From positions 216,020-280,019 of IMG/VR virus record IMGVR_UViG_3300042402_002641: a DNA stretch of 64,000 nt; one strand, given 5' to 3'. The notes beneath the pieces were generated by a model, which searched no databases, was not told where the DNA came from, and saw only the letters and a list, made by a program, of their open reading frames with translations. Positions 21,513 through 30,755 of this stretch are shown piece by piece. The position numbers and the translations under genes were made by a program. The stretch's first letter is position 1, and every line of letters begins with the position of its first letter.

Positions 21513-22825
21513 GAAAAACAATAGAGCTCATCAACGATATCAGTCCTAGTTTTTGTGCGGCCAAATGGTATAATGCCACTATCTGGTTAGGGAATGGTCG
21601 CACCGCCAGTTGCCATTTGCCTCCGGCGCACAGTATTCCCTTAGAAGAAATTAAAAATAATCCAAGTGCTTTACATAATACGACATTTAAAAAACATCGA
21701 AGACTAGAAATGATTCAAGGCAAAAGATGCAAAGAATGTGCATACTGCTGGACTGTAGAAGATAATGCTTCTCCTGATGTATACAGTGATCGTGTCTATA
21801 AGACCAGGATTTATCAAGAAAACGAAATATTGCAATTAGCCAGACTTGATCCTCAAGCAGATATTGATCCTAAAACATTAGAAATTAGTTTTGATAATTT
21901 ATGTAATTTAAGTTGCAGTTATTGTAATTCAGAATTCAGCACAACCTGGGCCAGCGATATTAAACTTAATGGCCCGTATACTGAATTAAAGACTCAGGGC
22001 GGTGGTGCATTTCAAAATTCAGGTGAACATGCATTGCCCTATGGCATTAAGAATGAAAATAATCCCTATATAGAAGCTTTTTTTAAATGGTTTCATGCTA
22101 GCCTTAAAAACAATTTACAAGAGCTTAGAATTACCGGAGGGGAACCTACACGAAGTCCTTGGTTTTGGAAATTATTAGACGAATGCAAAGATACAAAATT
22201 TGATTTTGCAGTTAACAGTAATCTTATAATGGACCAAAATAAACTTGCACAACTCATTGATGCTAGTAAAAAATTTAAAAAGTTTGATTTATACACCAGC
22301 GGAGAGGGCTATGGCGCTCACGGTGAGTTTATTAGATGGGGATTAGATTATAGTTTATGGAGAAAAAATTTAATTCAGTTTGCTCAAGAAGGCAAATACA
22401 GTATGATCCATGTAATGATGACTATTAGTGCTTTGAGCATTTGGTCAATAACTGAATTCATGACAGATATGCTAGAATTAAGAAAACAATTTGGTGGTCA
22501 TCAATTCCACATGAGTCTTAATTTAGTGAGATTTCCTAGCTTTCAAAATTTGAATGTGTTGCCGATAGATCTAAAACAAATCCAGGTAAATAAAATCGAA
22601 ACGTGGCTCAGTGATGCTGTTGGGTTAAGTTCATCCGAACAAAATCAAATAGAAAGAATCGTTGAGTATCTTAAAAATGTTGATCGCAGTCAAGAAGACA
22701 CAGATAGCCAAGAAAATAAACAGCATGATTTAAAAAAATTTACACAACAATATGCTGATAGAAAAAATGTTGATCTCTCAACAGTATTTCCAAAAGAATT
22801 CACACAATGGTTTAACACAATATGA
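21497..22825 (+). CDS. Radical SAM protein (twitch-like N-terminus)
   Basis: CNLSCSYC and GGEP motifs. Close paralog of the preceding gene. Confidence 0.85.
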   Translation: MQQDIRKTIELINDISPSFCAAKWYNATIWLGNGRTASCHLPPAHSIPLEEIKNNPSALHNTTFKKHRRLEMIQGKRCKECAYCWTVEDNASPDVYSDRVYKTRIYQENEILQLARLDPQADIDPKTLEISFDNLCNLSCSYCNSEFSTTWASDIKLNGPYTELKTQGGGAFQNSGEHALPYGIKNENNPYIEAFFKWFHASLKNNLQELRITGGEPTRSPWFWKLLDECKDTKFDFAVNSNLIMDQNKLAQLIDASKKFKKFDLYTSGEGYGAHGEFIRWGLDYSLWRKNLIQFAQEGKYSMIHVMMTISALSIWSITEFMTDMLELRKQFGGHQFHMSLNLVRFPSFQNLNVLPIDLKQIQVNKIETWLSDAVGLSSSEQNQIERIVEYLKNVDRSQEDTDSQENKQHDLKKFTQQYADRKNVDLSTVFPKEFTQWFNTI

Positions 22826-24036
22826 ACGAAGATAAATTCTGTATAATACCTTGGATACACCTTAACACAGAACCCAATGGGCGTGTTAAACCGTGTTGTG
22901 CATATTTTGGAGAAGAGTCGGGAAATTTAAAAAATACTACACTAGAAGAAATATGGAATAACGAACATACTAAATCTATGCGTAGAAGCTTTTTAGAAAA
23001 TAAAATCCCAGAAGGATGTCTAACCTGTACTAAAAAAGAAAGCAGTGGCGGAGTAAGCTACCGGATGGCAGTCACTGAAAGATTCAGTCATCATATCGAA
23101 AAAGCTAAAAGTAATACATTGCCCGATGGTACCTATGAAACATTTGAAATAATTTTTTGGGATTTTAGATTTAGTAATATCTGTAACTTTAAATGCCGTA
23201 TGTGTGGCCCCGGCGCAAGCAGTTCTTGGTACGACGATTTTAGTCCGGAAGAAAAGAAAACTAACATAAAATTCTTAGACAGTTCTTACTATGGAACTGA
23301 TTTAATGAAATATGTTGACCAGTTTATCGATAGTGTTGAAGAAATTTATTTTGCAGGCGGTGAACCGTTGCTTATGGCTGAACATTATCAAATATTAGAT
23401 AAGTTAATTTCTAAAGAACGCTATGATGTATTTTTAAGATACAACACCAACATGAGTACTATTAAGTATAAAGACTATGACTTAATCAACATATGGAAAA
23501 GATTTAAGAGCGTGAAAATATTTGCCAGTATTGACGGTATAGAAGAAAACGCAGAATACAGCAGATCAGGCACGGACTGGCCAAAGGTAGAAGAAAATTT
23601 AAAAAAACTGGTAAACTCTAAAGTTGACTACGTTGTATCTAGTACTATAAACATCTTTAATGTTTTTAATTTTACACACTTAGTAGACAGACTAATAGAA
23701 TTAAAAATGTCAACTAGAAAGATGTTAGTAAGTCATGTTAACTGGCCTCATTACTACATGACTTCAATTCTGCCGGAAGATATAAAGGATAAAATAAGAT
23801 TACAGTTAGACGAACACCTAGAAAAAATAACCCCAACAATTACAGAAGAAGAAAGTAGGTGGCTTGGTAACTTATACAACGAGATTAAATTTTATCTAAT
23901 ACCTACAACTTCACCAGAAGAAACTGTTAAATTGCGGAAAAAATTTAAGTATGATACTGTTAAATTAGATAGTATCAGAAAAGAAGATATTAGAATCGCT
24001 GCGCCCGAATTAGCTGAATGGTTTGATACATTATGA
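22822..24036 (+). CDS. Radical SAM protein (twitch/SPASM-like N-terminus)
   Basis: CNFKCRMC and GGEP motifs. N-terminal 'C..PW......G.V.PCC...GNL...TLEEIWN...C..C'. Confidence 0.85.
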   Translation: MNEDKFCIIPWIHLNTEPNGRVKPCCAYFGEESGNLKNTTLEEIWNNEHTKSMRRSFLENKIPEGCLTCTKKESSGGVSYRMAVTERFSHHIEKAKSNTLPDGTYETFEIIFWDFRFSNICNFKCRMCGPGASSSWYDDFSPEEKKTNIKFLDSSYYGTDLMKYVDQFIDSVEEIYFAGGEPLLMAEHYQILDKLISKERYDVFLRYNTNMSTIKYKDYDLINIWKRFKSVKIFASIDGIEENAEYSRSGTDWPKVEENLKKLVNSKVDYVVSSTINIFNVFNFTHLVDRLIELKMSTRKMLVSHVNWPHYYMTSILPEDIKDKIRLQLDEHLEKITPTITEEESRWLGNLYNEIKFYLIPTTSPEETVKLRKKFKYDTVKLDSIRKEDIRIAAPELAEWFDTL

Positions 24037-25241
24037 ACGATAAATTTATTTGCGACTTTCCCTGGGTGCATCTAAGTGTGTTTCCACAAGGTAATTGTAC
24101 AATTTGTTGTGTAGCCAAACATTCCGGAAAAGGTAACGGGCATTCATGGAATCGTATTAGCGAAGATAAAACTAAAACTGTTACAGTAATGAATAGCACA
24201 GTTTCAGAAATCATTAACTGTGATAATTACAGGGCAATTAGATTAGATATGCTTGCTGGAAAAGTTCCGACAGCATGCGAAGGATGTCACCAGGTAGAGC
24301 AAGCAGGCGGCAGAAGTAAGCGACAATTAGAAACTAATCGAAATTTAGATCATGCGGCATTAACTGCCGATGATGGAGCTATCAAATCAGACTTACGACA
24401 CATAGAACTACGCCTAGGCAACTTTTGTAATCTGAAATGTCGAAGCTGCAATGCAGATTCTAGCACAAGTTGGATTCAAGACTATTATAAACTTAAAGAT
24501 ACAGTAAAGTTAGCCAGCGGTTATCATTGGATTAAAAGCAATCCCGAATTTAGCTTTGACTGGGTCGATGATGAATCGTTTTACGACCAGTTAACAGAGC
24601 TAGCACCTAATCTTGAACAAATACATATCAGTGGCGGCGAACCATTTTTAGTGCCTACGCATTTTAAATTGTTAGAAAAACTTGTTCGCGAAGGCAAGAC
24701 TGATATTGCTATACACTATCATACCAATTTGAATTACAAGTGGGAGAAAATTACTCCGGCATTAGACCTGCTTACACAATTCAAAGAAGTACATATTAAT
24801 TTTAGTATCGACGATGTAGAAGAACGAAATACTTATATTAGAAGTTTAAGTGATTGGAATTTAACTATAAGTAATTTAAAATTATTTCTAACACACTACA
24901 ATTTCATTTTTGCTGTTACTCAAACTGTAAGTGTATATAACTTTATGTATGTAGAAGAATTAACACAATATCTTAAAGAAAACAATATTTACATTAAAGT
25001 GCGTTTGAATCATGTGCAGAGTCCGGATTACTTAGATGCTAATGTATTGCCTAAGCAAGTACGCCAAGATAAGATTAATTCGTTACAAGGAATTGTCATT
25101 CCCCGTATATGGGAAGATTTATACGGTCATTATTACAATCCGGAAGCTAACGGCCAGTGGGATTATTTTAAATACTTTACTGAAAAAATCGACGCAGTAC
25201 GTAACGAAAACTTAAATGATATTTTTCCAAAACTTGCATGA
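24033..25241 (+). CDS. Radical SAM protein (twitch-like N-terminus)
   Basis: CNLKCRSC and GGEP motifs. N-terminal 'CDFPW...CC...CEGC'. Confidence 0.85.
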   Translation: MNDKFICDFPWVHLSVFPQGNCTICCVAKHSGKGNGHSWNRISEDKTKTVTVMNSTVSEIINCDNYRAIRLDMLAGKVPTACEGCHQVEQAGGRSKRQLETNRNLDHAALTADDGAIKSDLRHIELRLGNFCNLKCRSCNADSSTSWIQDYYKLKDTVKLASGYHWIKSNPEFSFDWVDDESFYDQLTELAPNLEQIHISGGEPFLVPTHFKLLEKLVREGKTDIAIHYHTNLNYKWEKITPALDLLTQFKEVHINFSIDDVEERNTYIRSLSDWNLTISNLKLFLTHYNFIFAVTQTVSVYNFMYVEELTQYLKENNIYIKVRLNHVQSPDYLDANVLPKQVRQDKINSLQGIVIPRIWEDLYGHYYNPEANGQWDYFKYFTEKIDAVRNENLNDIFPKLA

Positions 25242-26038
25242 AATTTATTTTTTTAAAAACTGGTGATTATTTAGACCTAGAGCCTAATAATACTCCTATT
25301 GCGTCTGCGTGGTTTGATTATATTTTTTCTAAGCAGATGAATATGAGTTATTTTGCTAGAGATGCATTGTTTGTAACTCGAACTAATGACACTATTAAAG
25401 ATCTAAATTCCGCAATCGATATTGTACATCAATTTGCTATAGAAAAGAACTTGCCCCAACTTATTTTTAATAAAATTATTGACCTTGACCAATCATGGCT
25501 TAATGCTTCTCATAAAAAGTGGGTAAAATACACACACGAATTAAAAAACATTGTTAACGGCGACGATACAAAACAACACTATCCTGCCGTTGTAAAATCT
25601 TGGCAAAACATTAATCTGTTTATCCATTCGTTAGAAAACTATTACTCGGCTTATTTTACTAATACTAAAGGCGCATATCTAGAAGACGTCAAAGTCAATA
25701 TAAGACCAGAAGATTGCGAGTACGCACAACATGACTTAATTCTAAGATTTGACGATTTAGGTAAACACCAATACGATCAATGGTTGACAGGCAGTAGTGT
25801 TGACTGGGAAACTAGTAACTACAAGACAATATCGGCGAGATTTGAATACGCATATAATCCGCAAACAATTAAAGGATTACAGCCAAATCAAGATTATATT
25901 AACTGGTGTTCTAAAAACAACTTACAAGCAATGCCGCCGTTTATTATTTTAGGAAATTTTAAAAAGAATAGATGGGACGTTAAACAACTTATGCATCAAA
26001 ATCTATCGAAAGGATTAGAAGTAGGATTTGAGTTATGA
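25238..26038 (+). CDS. Hypothetical protein
   Basis: 266-aa ORF with ATGA overlaps at both ends. Confidence 0.6.
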   Translation: MKFIFLKTGDYLDLEPNNTPIASAWFDYIFSKQMNMSYFARDALFVTRTNDTIKDLNSAIDIVHQFAIEKNLPQLIFNKIIDLDQSWLNASHKKWVKYTHELKNIVNGDDTKQHYPAVVKSWQNINLFIHSLENYYSAYFTNTKGAYLEDVKVNIRPEDCEYAQHDLILRFDDLGKHQYDQWLTGSSVDWETSNYKTISARFEYAYNPQTIKGLQPNQDYINWCSKNNLQAMPPFIILGNFKKNRWDVKQLMHQNLSKGLEVGFEL

Positions 26039-26880
26039 AGATATATGTAAACGGTGATAGTTTCACCGACGGTGACGGTCTAGCTGATGCAGAAACATTC
26101 CCGGGCATGTACCCGGGACATCATCATGCAGATGGAAATCTAATTGTAGATCGCCGGTGGTCAAATGCTCGGCACGATATACTGTCAAATGACTTGTCAT
26201 TATGGGACACATATCGTAATAATAATCGGAAATATGTTTGGGCAACAATATTAGGAGAGCTTGTTGGTGCTAGTGTGGTTAATAATGCCGTTGGTGGTTC
26301 TTGTATGATGGGAATTGCAACTAGGACTATTGCAGATCTTAGCTCAATACACCTACGTGCAAATTTGCCAGACTACGTCTTTATAGGATTAACAATGTCT
26401 GATCGTCTAGGATGGTACGATAAAGAACATACAGAAAACAATCATACAGGAAGTTGGGTTAAAACAGCTATACCCGCATTCAGCGAAAGAATGTTACCCG
26501 AACACTATAAAAAGATGTTCATGGCTACATGGGCAACACTGTCTGACGAAGAATTGCTTATAAATTATCTAAAAGAATGTTTACAAATTAAAAATTATGT
26601 TAAGCGAAGAATTGGCCGAGATCCTATTTTTTTAAATACCTCATACCAATTTTGGGAGTATAAAAATATAGTTCAATCATCTAAAAATCAATGGCTTAGA
26701 ATGCTTTGGTTCGAGTTATTAGAATTTGATAAGATTAACCCCCAATGGTTTAATTCTGGATCGTTTGACATTGTAACAGCTTGTGGACATGCTATTCCGG
26801 AAGTTCATTCTCAATTTGCAAGAGATATAGCTAGAGAACACTTTGGTTGGGGCAAAAGTCCGGTTGACAAAGATGCCTAG
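26035..26880 (+). CDS. SGNH/GDSL-family protein (acyl hydrolase or acyltransferase)
   Basis: Block I 'YVNGDSFT', block II 'NNAVGGS', and C-terminal catalytic His 'CGHA'. Confidence 0.7.
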   Translation: MKIYVNGDSFTDGDGLADAETFPGMYPGHHHADGNLIVDRRWSNARHDILSNDLSLWDTYRNNNRKYVWATILGELVGASVVNNAVGGSCMMGIATRTIADLSSIHLRANLPDYVFIGLTMSDRLGWYDKEHTENNHTGSWVKTAIPAFSERMLPEHYKKMFMATWATLSDEELLINYLKECLQIKNYVKRRIGRDPIFLNTSYQFWEYKNIVQSSKNQWLRMLWFELLEFDKINPQWFNSGSFDIVTACGHAIPEVHSQFARDIAREHFGWGKSPVDKDA

Positions 26881-27778
26881 AATTTTTCTTCCAACAGTTA
26901 ACGAATATCGAGAAATAAATCGCATTGTAGCATTTGGGTGTAGCCAAACCGCAGGCTCAGAACTTCTTGATTCAAAAAGATATCCAAACATTCCTGATGT
27001 AGAATTAAAAAAACACAGCCTAGGAATAGAAGGATGGCACAAATATTCAGAGAATGAATCAAATCTGCCGTTACATTTTAAAATACAAGACGAAGAACGT
27101 ATGTTAGCGTGGCCTGCACAACTAGCAAAACTTTATAACATTCCTATTCATAACTATGCCGAGCCAGCAACTGGCAATGAGCAACAGATGGCACAATTCT
27201 TAAAAGCAAAATCTGAAGGTGTTATTAGTAACGACACACTAGTGCTCTGGGGATTTACTAGTATGAATCGAGGCTTTTGGATTGACCAAGAACAAGGATG
27301 TTCATATTATCTGCTCGGTAATAACAAGATCTTTAAACAACCCGTTGACATAAACATGTTTAATGAAAAACTGTGGTATAACGGTATAAATTCAGATTAT
27401 ATGTTAGCATGGAGATATTATCAAAGTTTATCTACTATCTTCCATTGGGCTAACGAAATATGTAACGAACAGTTTTTATTCATTCAGGCATTACATTATT
27501 CACCAAGTTACGAACAATGGTCTGCTAAAATAGAAGGTCCAGTAAATCCAACGGTCGAGCTGTTAATGCAAAGATTTTGGGATACTATAAAATACAATTA
27601 CGAAATAAAATACCCAATTTTTAAAGATTTTGAGCAGACAAATCTGTTCACTTGGAGTAAAAGTATTGGCGGTCGACTAGGGTGCGGGCATCCAACATTA
27701 GATGCACATGAAAAATATGCACTTTTAATTAAAAATGAGCTTGACCGGTTAGAACAAGAGTCCAGTTGACAAAGACGC
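26853..27778 (+). repeat. 24-bp direct repeat pair (21/24 identical) flanking the second SGNH gene
   Basis: CAAAAGTCCGGTTGACAAAGATGC (26853-26876) versus CAAGAGTCCAGTTGACAAAGACGC (27755-27778). Confidence 0.75.
26873..27769 (+). CDS. SGNH/GDSL-family protein (paralog)
   Basis: 'VAFGCSQTAG', 'NYAEPATGN' and 'CGHP'. The ATG at 26873 is preferred as the start. Confidence 0.65.
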   Translation: MPRIFLPTVNEYREINRIVAFGCSQTAGSELLDSKRYPNIPDVELKKHSLGIEGWHKYSENESNLPLHFKIQDEERMLAWPAQLAKLYNIPIHNYAEPATGNEQQMAQFLKAKSEGVISNDTLVLWGFTSMNRGFWIDQEQGCSYYLLGNNKIFKQPVDINMFNEKLWYNGINSDYMLAWRYYQSLSTIFHWANEICNEQFLFIQALHYSPSYEQWSAKIEGPVNPTVELLMQRFWDTIKYNYEIKYPIFKDFEQTNLFTWSKSIGGRLGCGHPTLDAHEKYALLIKNELDRLEQESS

Positions 27779-27858
27779 AGAATGATTACAAATGCGTATC
27801 ATTTTCCGTTGGATGAAGTCAATTACTTACATGAGACTGAATTTTAATTGCAAATACG

Positions 27859-28164
27859 TTAGAAAATATTCTTAGAGGAATCAGTAATATCCTTCTTTAA
27901 TCTTTCTACATCGACTTTAAAATCTATTTTTGTAATTTCGTTTTTGTATTCTTGAAGAGTGTTAAGTAGGATATCGGCAATATCCTCCGGTCTTTGTTTT
28001 TCTAATTCGGTATGAACATCTATTTCCCATACCCTGCCATCTTTGAATTCTAGATGTACTAGATCCAAATAGGCCACAGGCATGGTATTCATATAGAGAT
28101 CTTCAAAAACTTCCGGCCACTCTTTGACAAGATGTCGAGGTGGCCTAAACAACGGATTAGGCAT
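27859..28164 (-). CDS. Hypothetical protein
   Basis: 101-aa ORF, last gene of the minus-strand block. Confidence 0.65.
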   Translation of the reverse strand: MPNPLFRPPRHLVKEWPEVFEDLYMNTMPVAYLDLVHLEFKDGRVWEIDVHTELEKQRPEDIADILLNTLQEYKNEITKIDFKVDVERLKKDITDSSKNIF

Positions 28165-28792
28165 CTACTGTATCTTTTGCCTTTGTGGTTTTCTTCACTG
28201 TGGGATCTAGTTCTTCAGCTTCTTTACGCAATCTTGCTGCTTCTTTGTACATGGCGTCTGCTTGACTGCGATAGCTCTTAGCGATATCCTTGTCTGTGAG
28301 TACAGCATCGGTAGCAGCCTGCGCCCTAACTGGTGCAGGAACATCTGTGTCTATCGCAGGCGCTAGATCTTTAACTTCCGCCTTGACTTTAGGAGCACCT
28401 TTGACAAATGTGTAAAGATCGTCCACTGCGCAGTTTTTCTGTTCTGCAATCAGCGTGTTTAGACTACTTAACAGCACAGTATCATTGGTGGTAGGAGTCA
28501 TAGTTACAGCATCGGTGGCCACTTTCTGCAATCTACCATCAGCCTGCATGGCCTGTAACATGGGCCTGCCGTCTGGGAATGTGCGGATAAACATCATTTC
28601 GCCTAGTTCATAGGCTTCCTGACATTGATCAGTTTCAACCATGGTCATGATTGAATCGTGATAGGAATCGCTTAATTGTGTTACTGGTAATACCAGCGCC
28701 ATGTTTGATTCGCCTGGCAGAGTTCTAAACACCACAAGAACCTTAACTCCTGTGTTGTTGATCCTGCCGATGTGTTTTAGTGGTCGTGCCAT
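28157..28792 (-). CDS. Hypothetical protein with C-terminal coiled coil
   Basis: 211 aa with GGAGG SD. Confidence 0.7.
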   Translation of the reverse strand: MARPLKHIGRINNTGVKVLVVFRTLPGESNMALVLPVTQLSDSYHDSIMTMVETDQCQEAYELGEMMFIRTFPDGRPMLQAMQADGRLQKVATDAVTMTPTTNDTVLLSSLNTLIAEQKNCAVDDLYTFVKGAPKVKAEVKDLAPAIDTDVPAPVRAQAATDAVLTDKDIAKSYRSQADAMYKEAARLRKEAEELDPTVKKTTKAKDTVDA

Positions 28793-28793
28793 T

Positions 28794-29021
28794 TTAGGCC
28801 TCCTTTTTAGCCACAGCTTCTAAGAAGGTGTTTAGCTTGTTGAAAGCTTTGCCCACGGCTTCTAGTTCTGCTGCTTTGAACGCTCCTCGTTGTGTAGCAA
28901 CTTCGATGATGCTTCTCAGCGCAGCAAGATCGCTGACATTGAGATCTGGACCCTGTGCAGGGGCCGTTTCTGGTACTTGTGCCACAGCTTCGGGTGCTTG
29001 GTCTTTGACTTCTTCTGACAT
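28794..29021 (-). CDS. Hypothetical protein
   Basis: 75 aa with AGGAG SD. Contains 'IIEVATQRGAFKAAEL..VG'. Confidence 0.7.
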   Translation of the reverse strand: MSEEVKDQAPEAVAQVPETAPAQGPDLNVSDLAALRSIIEVATQRGAFKAAELEAVGKAFNKLNTFLEAVAKKEA

Positions 29022-29290
29022 TAGGTTCTCCTTAAATGGTTACATGCAAGCATGAAATACGTTAATTCTTTTTGATCTTCAAATCCTAGATAATGAGTAG
29101 AACGCAGATTTCCAGATTTATCAATACCTGGTTGTTTGGCCAAGCAGTAGCGGCCTTTCAATTTGGTCTTGACCCATTCTTCTACGCCTTCAAAAATTTC
29201 GTTATCTGAGATAGCAATTTTGCTGAAGTGGGGAGGAATGGTCTTAAGCCTGCGCTGTTTTAGTACATCAATAGGATTTAAATCAAACAT
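29021..29290 (-). CDS. Hypothetical protein
   Basis: 89 aa. A perfect TATAAATA lies 8 nt upstream. Confidence 0.65.
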   Translation of the reverse strand: MFDLNPIDVLKQRRLKTIPPHFSKIAISDNEIFEGVEEWVKTKLKGRYCLAKQPGIDKSGNLRSTHYLGFEDQKELTYFMLACNHLRRT

Positions 29291-29298
29291 CGTGAAAA

Positions 29299-29306
29299 TA
29301 TTTATA
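29299..29306 (-). promoter_or_regulatory. T4 late promoter consensus TATAAATA
   Basis: Exact match in the intergenic gap. Confidence 0.7.
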
Positions 29307-29308
29307 AG

Positions 29309-29716
29309 TCAATTAGATTCGAGGGTGGATTCTTGGCTTAGTCTTTTAGACATAGCCTTGGTGTGACCCAGCTTGGCAACATCACCAGAAAAAAGGTACA
29401 GTTCAAAAGCGGATTTTTCTTTCATAACTATGATATGTTTTTTATTGATGTAAAAAGGAGAATCAATAAAATGATCTAACCAAACTAAAACCTGCGGAGT
29501 GAACGCAAATTCTTTTGGAAAATCTATTTTATAAGTTTTGATTTTAGCATATTCTTCAATGAACTGCAAGGCCTGTTCTGTCAATCTAAGCCCACCTTGA
29601 GACTTTTCTCTGAAACTCCACCACCATACAGATCTATACTGTTTTACTGTGTCAGCATCTATAGGTAGTCCTGCTACCTGCAAGAACACCCTAGTATAGG
29701 CATCCTTAGAGTCCAT
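29309..29716 (-). CDS. Hypothetical protein
   Basis: Start refined to MDSKDAY. Contains 'GGLRLT..A'. Confidence 0.65.
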   Translation of the reverse strand: MDSKDAYTRVFLQVAGLPIDADTVKQYRSVWWWSFREKSQGGLRLTEQALQFIEEYAKIKTYKIDFPKEFAFTPQVLVWLDHFIDSPFYINKKHIIVMKEKSAFELYLFSGDVAKLGHTKAMSKRLSQESTLESN

Positions 29717-29717
29717 G

Positions 29718-30002
29718 TTATGCAACCTCTTCGCCGGCAGTGAGTTTAACCACAGCAAAGTCTGTGGTTTTAAAAAGTTTGTTTAATTTTTTAGCCAGAT
29801 TGTGTGCATGGCCAGGATTTGAGAATGATACTTTCTTATATTTAGGACCAGGATAGCTGGCTACTAGGCTACCACTCTTTAGATTAAACGGTTGGTGTCG
29901 ATAGAAAACAGCCCAAATGGCTTCCGAGTCCAGTATCTGCTCGACTTTGAAAGTTTCTTTGTTGGCATATTCTAAAAGTATCTTTGGTTTTGGTCTCGAC
30001 AT
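29718..30002 (-). CDS. Conserved phage hypothetical protein
   Basis: 94 aa with AGGA SD. Late promoter ATAAATA at 30033-30039. Confidence 0.7.
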   Translation of the reverse strand: MSRPKPKILLEYANKETFKVEQILDSEAIWAVFYRHQPFNLKSGSLVASYPGPKYKKVSFSNPGHAHNLAKKLNKLFKTTDFAVVKLTAGEEVA

Positions 30003-30043
30003 TTTATACGGGTTCCTAATTAACCACGTATATATTTATCTTT

Positions 30044-30292
30044 TTAGAATGAGCCGCCGTCGAACTTAACGTCTATACTTTGACTGGATTCTTTGATCTG
30101 AGCCAGCATTGCATGTATCTGCTGCACAGTGCTACCGAGTTTTGCGGAAAAAATAGCCAGCTCGGCGGTGAGATCTCTGGCTTCCTGTATAGTGATCCTT
30201 ATTTCTTTCTGCTGACTTTTTTCTGCCATTGTTATTCGTTGAAGTAGTTTCTCAACTGTAGGCAACACAGCAGGCATGTTATTTTGAGACAT
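30044..30292 (-). CDS. Hypothetical protein
   Basis: 82 aa, overlapping the upstream gene. Confidence 0.6.
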   Translation of the reverse strand: MSQNNMPAVLPTVEKLLQRITMAEKSQQKEIRITIQEARDLTAELAIFSAKLGSTVQQIHAMLAQIKESSQSIDVKFDGGSF

Positions 30293-30755
30293 TAGCTAAC
30301 ACCTGTTTCATTTCCATTTCTGTTTTAAACGGACCACGGTAGGGATATCTTTCTAAGGTGATCTTTTTAGGACAGAAACTCTTGACCCAACCTTTTTCAA
30401 ATTTAATAGTGTAGTAACCTGCACAATACAAACTTTTTGAATCTAGACTTTTGGTAAACAGTGGAAGTTTTTTGCGTATGTCGAACATGGCATTGTGAGG
30501 TGCTGTGCTGGTTGGATAACCGTGAACCTCATTAGGTAAGGCGTTTTCACTTTCTTTTACAATCTTAACAGTAAAGAATTTTTTACCGAATGTTCTGGTA
30601 ACGTGTTCTTTGGTTTCGTAGATTTTTATTCCATCTTGATTACTCATTACAAATCTATTGTCTTCGTTTTTTCTTAGAGTAGCAATCTTCTCGCCATTCT
30701 CTTCAACGATCCAAAACTTGTTATCTATTATAGGTTTGGCGTGTAAATCAGTCAT
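30279..30755 (-). CDS. Hypothetical protein
   Basis: Start refined to MTDLHAK with GGAG SD. Confidence 0.65.
   Translation of the reverse strand: MTDLHAKPIIDNKFWIVEENGEKIATLRKNEDNRFVMSNQDGIKIYETKEHVTRTFGKKFFTVKIVKESENALPNEVHGYPTSTAPHNAMFDIRKKLPLFTKSLDSKSLYCAGYYTIKFEKGWVKSFCPKKITLERYPYRGPFKTEMEMKQVLANVSK

Noticed and set aside
20151-25241. RiPP biosynthetic cluster interpretation of the radical SAM array
   Set aside because: There is no adjacent precursor peptide, RRE/PqqD domain, protease or exporter. The neighbours are glycan enzymes. It is not fully excluded.
26864-27795. TTGACA inside the 24-bp repeats as sigma70 -35 boxes
   Set aside because: There is no convincing -10 at 16-18 nt spacing in either copy.
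27781-27806. Terminator in the convergent gap
   Set aside because: Only a weak AT-rich bulged hairpin with a short T-run.
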